From assembly GCF_000017845.1 (NCBI RefSeq), contig NC_010546.1, forward strand, positions 960,001 through 992,000: a DNA stretch of 32,000 nt. Direction: 5' to 3'. Positions 16,468 through 23,782 of the stretch are shown piece after piece. This DNA is from Crocosphaera subtropica ATCC 51142 (lineage in GTDB: Bacteria; Cyanobacteriota; Cyanobacteriia; Cyanobacteriales; Microcystaceae). Position 1 is the first letter of the stretch. Every line of letters begins with the position of its first letter. The notes under the pieces were generated by a model, which saw only the letters and a program-made list of their open reading frames with translations, did no database searches and was not told where the DNA came from. The position numbers and the translations under genes were made by a program.

Positions 16468-16604
16468 TACCATAATGATAAGCATAACGACTCAGGCCAT
16501 TTTCTCCTAAGAGGGATCAAATTTTTAGATATCTTCACAAAATGTTGTTTTTTGACTCCCTCAACGAGAGATAATGAGAGAGTAGACTATCCAATTTGTT
16601 CATT

Positions 16605-17081
16605 ATGACTAACGTAACCAGCGAATATACTTTACCCGATAATTTTACTAGCACCGAAATCAGCCATCAAGAAGCAATAGAAACGGTCATCGATAGTTTA
16701 CAACAAAATGACAGTGCTATGGTGCATCACGATGATCAAGGATATGTTTGGAAGTTTCAATACGGCAGTGTAGAAACTTATGTTCAGTTAACAGGAGAAA
16801 CGGAAGAAGACTTGTTAACAGTTTGGTCCCCAGTGTTAAGCCTTCCTGCTAAAGATGAACTGGGTTTAATGCGAAAATTATTAGAAATGAATGGAGGAGA
16901 AACCTTAGAAACTCGTTTTGGAATTATGAATAATCAAATTGTCGTTTTAAGTCAGCGTGCGGTTGCCGATTTATCCCCCGGAGAAATTTCTCGTGCCATC
17001 ACTTTAGTGGCTACCATTGCCGATGATAATGATGAAAAATTAATTGAAACTTATGGAGGCAATCCTATTCAAAATAATTAA
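16605..17081 (+). CDS. YbjN-like (putative sensory-transduction or chaperone-like) protein
   Basis: The size (about 158 aa) and the pattern ...YVWKFQYGSVETYVQL...LLEMN...RFGI...VVL... are typical of the YbjN domain. Confidence 0.55.
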   Translation: MTNVTSEYTLPDNFTSTEISHQEAIETVIDSLQQNDSAMVHHDDQGYVWKFQYGSVETYVQLTGETEEDLLTVWSPVLSLPAKDELGLMRKLLEMNGGETLETRFGIMNNQIVVLSQRAVADLSPGEISRAITLVATIADDNDEKLIETYGGNPIQNN

Positions 17082-17106
17082 CCTTAAGGCTTTATAAATT
17101 ACCAAA

Positions 17107-18732
17107 ATGTATCAGGTTAAGAAAGAAACCTTATCTTTAACCACACGGGATGGAATTCGTCTCGATGCTGATGTTTATCGACCCCATAGCACCGAGTCTT
17201 TTCCTATTTTATTAATGCGACAACCTTATGGTAAACAAATTGCTTCTACTGTAGTCTATGCCCATCCTATATGGTATGCTTCCCAGGGCTATATCGTCGT
17301 TATTCAAGATGTTAGAGGGCGAGGAACGTCTCAAGGAGATTTCGATTTATTTGCTCATGAAATAGAAGACGGTTTTGATACCATAAATTGGGTTTCTCAG
17401 TTACCTGGTAGTACAGGAACAATAGGAATGTACGGGTTTTCTTATCAAGGAATGACCCAATTATATGTAGCTTCAATGCAATCAAAAGCATTAAAAACTA
17501 TTTGTCCCGCTATGGTTGCTTATGATTTATATGAGGACTGGGGTTATGAAAATGGGGCCTTTTGTTTACAAACTAATTTAGGTTGGGCGATACAATTAGC
17601 AGCAGAAACAGCCAAACTAAAGGGGGATAGTAATGCTTTTCATAAACTCTATGAAGCGTCCCGCAATTTACCGTTATCAGATCCTATTCCTGCTTATCCC
17701 AATTTGATGAAAGAGGTTGCTTCTAATTCTTTTTATCATGATTGGATTAATTACTGTTATCCTGATAATTATTGGTGTAACTTATCCCCCAAACGTTTCA
17801 TCGATAAACTTGATTTACCTATGTTACATATTGGGGGATGGTTTGATCCTTATTTACGGGGGAATATTAACCTTTATAATGCCATGAAAATCCGTAGTAA
17901 CTATCCCCAAAATCTTGTTATTGGGCCTTGGGGTCATATTCCTTGGGGGTCAAAACTGGGAAGTCACGATTATACAAAATTAGCTTGCAGCTTCATCGAT
18001 CAATATCAAATTGATTGGTTTGATCATTTTCTCAAAGGTAAAGACATAGACTATTTATATTCTCAACCCATATCATTATTTGAAATGGGAAGTAATCAAT
18101 GGAACTATTCTAAAAGTTGGGAAAATAAAGACGAAAAGAATTACTATATTTTTAGTCAAGGTTTAGCAAACGTCAAAGAAAATGATGGCCAATTAATTGA
18201 TACAATTTCTGATAATAACGTTAATGATATTATTGTTCATGATCCGTGGCGACCTGTTCCATCTGTAGGAGGCCATGCTAGTATTCCATCAGGATCTTTT
18301 GAGCGATCGCAATTAGATACTCGTTTTGATATTTTAACTTATACCTCTGAACAATTAACCGAAGATTTATTAATTAGTGGTACACCTTTTATTGAAATTT
18401 ACTGTACAGCAGATGCACCAAGTTTTGATATTTGTGCTATTTTATCCGAAATCAAACCTGATGGAAAAGTTTATAATTTTAGTCAAGGATATTGTAGAAT
18501 CAACTCAGAAAAATTACCGATCAAAATTTCTTTACAACCCACTTGTATTAAAATTAACGAAGGGAACTATTTAAGACTCAGTATTAGTGGTGCTTGTTTT
18601 CCTGCTTATGCCTTGAATACAGGAACCGGAAAATTCCCCTATGAGGAACGTTTAATTGATGCTAAAATTATTACCATAAAAGTATGGAGTCAACCCGATC
18701 AACCCTCAACACTAATCTTACCTATTCCTTGA
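17107..18732 (+). CDS. CocE/NonD-family hydrolase (S15 X-Pro dipeptidyl-peptidase-like)
   Basis: LDADVYRP...PILLMRQPYG N-terminus and the nucleophile elbow GMYGFSYQG. 541 aa. Confidence 0.85.
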   Translation: MYQVKKETLSLTTRDGIRLDADVYRPHSTESFPILLMRQPYGKQIASTVVYAHPIWYASQGYIVVIQDVRGRGTSQGDFDLFAHEIEDGFDTINWVSQLPGSTGTIGMYGFSYQGMTQLYVASMQSKALKTICPAMVAYDLYEDWGYENGAFCLQTNLGWAIQLAAETAKLKGDSNAFHKLYEASRNLPLSDPIPAYPNLMKEVASNSFYHDWINYCYPDNYWCNLSPKRFIDKLDLPMLHIGGWFDPYLRGNINLYNAMKIRSNYPQNLVIGPWGHIPWGSKLGSHDYTKLACSFIDQYQIDWFDHFLKGKDIDYLYSQPISLFEMGSNQWNYSKSWENKDEKNYYIFSQGLANVKENDGQLIDTISDNNVNDIIVHDPWRPVPSVGGHASIPSGSFERSQLDTRFDILTYTSEQLTEDLLISGTPFIEIYCTADAPSFDICAILSEIKPDGKVYNFSQGYCRINSEKLPIKISLQPTCIKINEGNYLRLSISGACFPAYALNTGTGKFPYEERLIDAKIITIKVWSQPDQPSTLILPIP

Positions 18733-18904
18733 TTCAGTTTAGATTATCACTGAGTTAGAAAAAAATTAACACCGCACCAAAACTTGAAGAATTCTTAGAA
18801 TTAATAAAGATAACTTTAGTCTATAAATTACTTCTTTGTTAACTCGACAGGACATAGAAACCATGTTTAGTTTAGATGAACTCAAATAAACCCCTTATTT
18901 TTAA

Positions 18905-19021
18905 GATATTCGAGAAGAAGACAAACTTGAATCTGTTGTACCCCGTTTATTAGTATTAGGATTAACTGTTGAACAGATAGCTGAAGCCTTACAATTAAGT
19001 AAAGAACAAGTGATGTTATAA
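18905..19021 (+). pseudogene. C-terminal stub of a cyanobacterial PD-(D/E)XK/Rpn-type protein
   Basis: The frame is open only for DIREEDKLESVVPRLLVLGLTVEQIAEALQLSKEQVML*. It has no start codon and a stop immediately upstream. The ...PRLL.LGLtvEQIAEAL.L... tail is recognised from memory only. Confidence 0.35.
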
Positions 19022-19104
19022 TTGCCAAGGTTGAACTTATTTTGTTTCCCTCTGCTTCAATTTTTGGTGTTATTATTAGTATCATTTTTTACCATGATTA
19101 CTTG

Positions 19105-19140
19105 AGTCGCTGGTTACTTCAACAATTTCAAAGTAATTAA
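19105..19140 (+). pseudogene. 11-codon remnant of a Uma2-family gene 3' end
   Basis: It encodes SRWLLQQFQSN*, identical to the C-terminus of the intact Uma2 gene at 21363-22007. Confidence 0.6.
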
Positions 19141-19145
19141 AAAAC

Positions 19146-19372
19146 ATGAACCCTTTAGCTACTTATTTCCGTAATCTCTATGAAATTTATAGCACCGGTG
19201 CAGGGGTTAAAGAAACCTCTTATTATGGTAGCTTAGAAACCCTTTTAAACGATGTCGGAAAAACATTAAAACCGAAAGTTCGCTTTAATTCTATCTATCC
19301 TGAACGGGGAGCGATTGAAATAAAAGGAACCAAAGAAGATATTCATAAAATAGCTAACAGTGAACAAGTTAT
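19146..19372 (+). pseudogene. N-terminal stub (about 75 codons) of a restriction-modification-type DNA methyltransferase gene
   Basis: MNPLATYFRNLYEIYSTGAGVKETSYYGSLETLLNDVGKTLKPKV resembles the N-termini of large type IIG/ISP-like N6-methyltransferases (from memory). The frame runs into the IS end at 19373 and then stops. Confidence 0.45.
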
Positions 19373-19563
19373 TAACCTGCATTATTCATGAAGAAAAAAC
19401 AAAACCAAAAAGATCAAAAATTGACATCAAAAGCGATTTTTTATTTAATGGATTTTTTAAAAGTAGTGAATATGGCTAATTCAATTACAGAAAATTAACA
19501 AAAAAGAGAAAAAAAGACTAATTTAATGTTATATGGATACACCAATCCTATAAGAGCTAGATA

Positions 19564-20326
19564 TTAGGAAAAAATCAATTGTTGTCCAGAAGATAATCGT
19601 TGTGCCATCAAGACTATTTCCTCACTAAAAGGACAATGAGCAGCTAATTCTACTAGAGTTCTTCTCACAGAAACACTAACTTTTGCAGCCATTTTTATGA
19701 CGGTTTCTCTCAGACGAGAAACTTGAGCTATCGCCAATCTTGTCCCTTGTGCAGAAGCCCGAAGTTCAAGCATTAAAATATAAGCTGCGAGTATAAGCAT
19801 CAAATCCATCTATATCTAATACTATTTGTTCTGGGGCTTCAGAATAATTTTGAAAAAATTTATCGACAAAAAAACGACGTATCGTTTTAATTTCTTGTTT
19901 AGTTATTCTATTTTCTAGTCGACTAATTGTCGGTTGACTGGCTAATAATTCTGCTGCCATTTCGGGGATTTTATCACAAATAATTTTGAAAATTGGGTCA
20001 TGGCGTAAGTAATTACTATCATTGGTATCTTCATATCCTGCTACTATTTGATAGATTCTTTGACTTACCAATTGAAATAGCGGTGCGACCCCGCGCCTTC
20101 GTAAGGCGCAAGGGAACGCACACCAAGAGAGTGAGTGTTTGACTTTATGTTGTTCTCTATCATCTTCTAAGCAATTTGAAATTCCTTGACCAACTTTCAG
20201 ATTTTCTTCTGCTTGCTTAACCAATAATAATCCTGCATCTGAACTTAAGTCTAGTCCGGAAAATTTAACCTCTAATGGTTTCTTCATATTAAAATTAAAA
20301 GGAAGTTTTTCCGAAAACATTTTCAT
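19564..20326 (-). pseudogene. IS1380-family (DDE_Tnp_1_4-like) transposase, internally deleted and frameshifted
   Basis: The 186-aa N-terminal ORF (FSGLDLSSDAGLLLV...GYEDTNDSNYLRHDP...ASQPTISRLENR...VLDIDGFDA) and the 81-aa C-terminal ORF (...AAKVSVSVRRTLVELAAHCPF...) overlap out of frame at 19766-19809. Confidence 0.75.
20077..20127 (-). repeat. GC-rich hairpin mini-element, copy C, inserted in frame in the transposase
   Basis: The minus strand reads CTTGGTGTGCG-TTCCCTT-[GCGCCTT ACG AAGGCGC]-GGGGTCGCACCGCTAT. It is 51 nt with 33/51 G+C. It encodes SWCAFPCALRRRGVAPL between ...KHSL and FQLVSQRIYQ, where family members normally have no extra residues. Confidence 0.5.
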
Positions 20327-20545
20327 TAATAATCAATGGACTCATTTGACTTTTATTCCTCTCTTTATTATAATTTATTATGGACTTTTTAAAATGATTT
20401 TTTTTGACTTATTTTTGATAAGTAAATAATCAATAGTTAGTAGTAGATAAAAAGTACAGACTGTTGTTGGGGCAAAATCTCCATATTCGTTATGGGATAA
20501 GGCTTTTAGGCTTTTTCTCAATTCTTTCATGAATAATGCAGGTTA

Positions 20546-20686
20546 GGTCGTTCCTTAACCATTGATGAAGTTCGAGAAGTCACCAATATGGCCAGACGAC
20601 TCACCGCTATTACCCTACTACAACCTCAACTTAACGAAAATTATCAACAAGTTAAACAACATATCTATAACTGGCCTAACTCTTAA
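20546..20686 (+). pseudogene. C-terminal stub (46 codons) of the same or a similar RM-type methyltransferase gene
   Basis: GRSLTIDEVREVTNMARRLTAITLLQPQLNENYQQVKQHIYNWPNS* begins exactly at the right IS end and has no start codon. Confidence 0.4.
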
Positions 20687-20764
20687 TCTATCTCCATCTG
20701 TAAGGATTAACGGCCCTTAACCCCTACGCAAAGGGTTGGAAATTAAAAAAAAATTCCAAAATTC

Positions 20765-20997
20765 TAGTTGCAATGATCCACAATGGCAACTTTTATGATA
20801 GACTAAATCATAATTGGAAATACTGCCTTTTTTAGTTGTAAAAGTTTATATTTCTATTATTAAACTTCATTTTCTATTTTTACACAAAGTTTGTGCAAAA
20901 GCAAGTCTTTTTTACAGCAAAAATAACTTCTGTAGGGTGGGTTAGACGGTTAGAATTTAGATCACGATTAGAAGATAAAAATCTGTCGTAACCCACC
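20765..20997 (+). repeat. 233-bp noncoding direct repeat, copy R1
   Basis: It aligns without gaps to 22022-22254 at about 84% identity by eye. It ends in the hairpin ggtgggtta...taacccacc. Confidence 0.8.
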
Positions 20998-21070
20998 GCT
21001 TCATTTACAATTATCCAATCTCCTGAAACGCTATAATCATACTTGTCACTAACTATGTATAAATTCAATA

Positions 21071-21337
21071 ATGATGGATATAGTGAACCTTAGTGAAGAA
21101 AAAAAGAACTTTCAATCGGTATTAGATCAAGTCACCAACGATAAAAACTGTACTGTTATTGTCAGAAGAGACGCAGAAGATGCTGTCGTGATGTCTAAAA
21201 GTTACTATGACAGTTTAATGGAGACAATTTATCTCTTAAAATCTCCTGCCAATGCTAAACATTTAGAACAAGCAATTTCTGAATACAAAGCAGGTAAAAC
21301 AAAAAAATATGATTTATTTAACCGATGCGTAAATTAA
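21071..21337 (+). CDS. Phd/YefM-family type II antitoxin (orphan)
   Basis: ...CTVIVRRDAEDAVVMSKSYYDSLMETIYLLKSPANAKHLEQAISEYKAGK is a classic YefM signature. No YoeB/RelE-like ORF follows. Coordinates are taken from the ORF track. My own count of the A-run near 21300 differed by 1 nt. Confidence 0.8.
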   Translation: MMDIVNLSEEKKNFQSVLDQVTNDKNCTVIVRRDAEDAVVMSKSYYDSLMETIYLLKSPANAKHLEQAISEYKAGKTKKYDLFNRCVN

Positions 21338-21362
21338 ATAATTATCTTAATACTTTAATGTC

Positions 21363-22007
21363 ATGATTACCACGAAAACTAAAATAATAACTGATAGTTG
21401 GATTAGTTTAAATTGGGATGAATTTTCACAGTTATGGGATGATTCAACCTACGAAAAAGCAAAGTTTTATTATTACAACCAAAAAGCAAGAATTGAAATG
21501 ACACCATTAGGAAATGATCATGCTAGTGATCACGCTATAATTACTCATACGATTTATTTATATGCTGCTCTTAAAAATATCCCTATAAATGGAAAAGATT
21601 CTTGTAGTTATCGTAAAGTAGGAATAAGAGAAGCACAACCAGACTTATCTTTTTATATTGGTGATAATGTTGATGCTGTTCCCTACGGAACCGGTGTTAT
21701 TGACTTAAATATTTATCCCTCTCCTAACTTAGTCATTGAAGTAGCTAATACTTCTCTTGCGGATGATAAAGGAGAAAAACGTCTGTTATATGAAGATTTT
21801 GGAGTAGAGGAATATTGGATAGTTGATGTCAAAAATGTCAAAATTATTGCTTTTCAAATAGAAGATCAAGGAAGTAAAAGAATTACTCAGTCTCTAGTTT
21901 TACCTGGTTTAGAAATAGACATCTTAGTTCAAGCTTTACAACAAAGTAGAGAAACGAATCACTCAGACGTGAGTCGTTGGTTACTTCAACAGTTTCAATC
22001 TAATTAA
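21363..22007 (+). CDS. Uma2-family (DUF820) PD-(D/E)XK nuclease-fold protein
   Basis: ...AQPDLSFYIG...PNLVIEVANTSLADDKGEKRLLYEDFGVEEYWIVDV... matches the Uma2 core motifs (D...EV.S...D...K...Y...GV.EYWIVD). Confidence 0.85.
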   Translation: MITTKTKIITDSWISLNWDEFSQLWDDSTYEKAKFYYYNQKARIEMTPLGNDHASDHAIITHTIYLYAALKNIPINGKDSCSYRKVGIREAQPDLSFYIGDNVDAVPYGTGVIDLNIYPSPNLVIEVANTSLADDKGEKRLLYEDFGVEEYWIVDVKNVKIIAFQIEDQGSKRITQSLVLPGLEIDILVQALQQSRETNHSDVSRWLLQQFQSN

Positions 22008-22021
22008 AATCATGAATTATT

Positions 22022-22254
22022 TAGTTGCAATGATCCACAAGAGCAACTTTTATGATAGACTGGAGCATAATGGGAAACAGTGCATTTTTTGTTTTTAAAA
22101 GTTTATATTACCATCATGAAACTCTATTTTCTATTTTTACATAAACTTTTTACAAAAGCAACTCTTTTCTAGAGAAAAAATAACTTTTGTAGGGTGGGTT
22201 AGATGATTAGAATTTAGATCACCATCAAAATTTAAACATCCGTCGTAACCCACC
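22022..22254 (+). repeat. 233-bp noncoding direct repeat, copy R2
   Basis: See R1. Same length and same terminal hairpin. No ORF is conserved between the two copies on either strand. Confidence 0.8.
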
Positions 22255-22429
22255 ATTTAAGTAAATTCGTTCACTCAAAGTGTTAAATGCGATCGCAGAA
22301 CACAAAAACATAATTTAATCTGTAGATAATTATCTTAATATTTTACTCAGATTCTTAGGATCATTTAATGAGATAATAGTTAAGTATGAATTAATTTTGA
22401 TAGTTTAATTCACTTTTATTCCTAATTCT

Positions 22430-23635
22430 ATGACTAAGTTTTCTCCTGAAAGTTCAGCCGTTCAACAACTATATAATACCTATCCTTTTCCTCCCGAACC
22501 CTTATTAAATGAACCTCCACCTGGGTATAATTGGCGATGGAATTGGATCGCTGCTTATAACTTTTGTACAGGAAGAAAACCAGCAACAGAAAACATCCGC
22601 ATTTTAGACGCAGGATGTGGGACAGGAGTGGGAACAGAATACTTAATTTTATTAAATCCTCACGCAGAAATTGTCGGAGTTGATATTAGTGAAAAAGCCT
22701 TAGAAATTGCTCAAAAACGTATTCAACAGTCGGGAGTTGCTGCTAATCATAATCATCCTATTTCTTTTCATCATTTACCCTTAGAAGAAGCGGACAAAAT
22801 AGAAGGAGAATTTGACTTAATTAATTGCGTGGGGGTATTGCATCATTTACCCGATCCCATCGCAGGAATTAAAGCCTTATCTAAAAAATTAGCCCCTGGC
22901 GGTATCTTTCACATTTTTGTCTATGCAGAGTTAGGAAGATGGGAAATTCAACTGATGCAAAAAGCCATTTCTCTGCTACAAACGGAAACCAAAGGCGACT
23001 ACAAAGACGGGGTTTTTGTGGGTCGAAAACTGTTTGAATTACTACCAGAAAATAACCGAATTGTCAAGCGAGAAAAAGAAAGATGGTCATTAGAAAATCA
23101 CAGAGATGAATCTTTTGCTGATATGTATGTTCATCCCCAAGAAACGGATTATAATATCGACACTTTGTTTGAATTAATCGAAGCGTCAGGACTCGAATTT
23201 ATTGGCTTTTCTAACCCTCAATATTGGCAGTTAGAACGGTTAATCGGAGAATCAGAAGAACTGATAAAACGGGGAGAAAAATTAAGCGATCGCCAAAGAT
23301 ATCGATTGATAGAATTACTCGATCCAGAAAACATAACTCACTATGAATTTTTCCTAGGAAAACCTCCGCTCAATAAGATAAATTGGTCAGAAGATGAAAC
23401 CCTATTATCTGCTATTCCTGAAACTCATCCTTGTTTACATGGTTGGCCCAGTAAAAGTTTATTGAATTATGATTATCAACCGATTCATTTAAGTGATGCT
23501 GAATATAATTTCATGCAAGCTTGTGATGGAAACCTAACCGTTAAAGACATTTTAACTAAAGTTTCTGCTGATTTAGAAATCGTGCGATCGCTGCAACAAA
23601 AACAGTTAATTATTTTAACCCCAAATCCTCATTAA
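22430..23635 (+). CDS. Class I SAM-dependent methyltransferase with an extra C-terminal domain
   Basis: ILDAGCGTGVGTEYL motif I and CVGVLHHLPDP. The roughly 170-aa C-terminal extension ends in ...AEYNFMQACDGNLTVKDILTKV... Confidence 0.8.
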   Translation: MTKFSPESSAVQQLYNTYPFPPEPLLNEPPPGYNWRWNWIAAYNFCTGRKPATENIRILDAGCGTGVGTEYLILLNPHAEIVGVDISEKALEIAQKRIQQSGVAANHNHPISFHHLPLEEADKIEGEFDLINCVGVLHHLPDPIAGIKALSKKLAPGGIFHIFVYAELGRWEIQLMQKAISLLQTETKGDYKDGVFVGRKLFELLPENNRIVKREKERWSLENHRDESFADMYVHPQETDYNIDTLFELIEASGLEFIGFSNPQYWQLERLIGESEELIKRGEKLSDRQRYRLIELLDPENITHYEFFLGKPPLNKINWSEDETLLSAIPETHPCLHGWPSKSLLNYDYQPIHLSDAEYNFMQACDGNLTVKDILTKVSADLEIVRSLQQKQLIILTPNPH

Positions 23636-23782
23636 CTAGATATTTTTTCAAGCAATAATGAAGTGTTAATTATTAATTATTAATTATTCATTCTTCCCAG
23701 AACCCCTTAACTACTTCCCATTTGTCCCCCTCAGTCCTAAACTTTAGTTGAGAGGTGTAACAGGCAATCGCGAGGTTATGTT

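Larger units (their letters stand above)
19373..20545 (-). mobile_element. Internally deleted, non-autonomous IS1380-like insertion sequence (about 1.17 kb)
   Basis: 20-bp perfect terminal inverted repeats: taacctgcattattcatgaa (19373-19392) and ttcatgaataatgcaggtta (20526-20545). The transposase N- and C-terminal parts are present but the central catalytic region is missing. Confidence 0.75.

Noticed and set aside
18882-19085. 67-aa minus-strand ORF in the stub region.
   Set aside because: The hydrophobic low-complexity translation is antisense to the better-explained plus-strand C-terminal stub (…VPRLLVLGLTVEQIAEAL…). It has no RBS.
20880-21068. 62-aa minus-strand ORF (…NRLTHPTEV…) inside repeat R1.
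   Set aside because: The homologous stretch in R2 is interrupted by stops. The LTHPT peptide is just the translation of the GGTGGGTTA hairpin arm. I therefore treat it as a noncoding repeat.
23660-23690. ttaatta-type 7-nt periodic run upstream of glgC.
   Set aside because: It is very short and pure AT low complexity. It is unrelated in sequence to the GC-containing heptamer arrays and is most simply an AT-rich promoter region.
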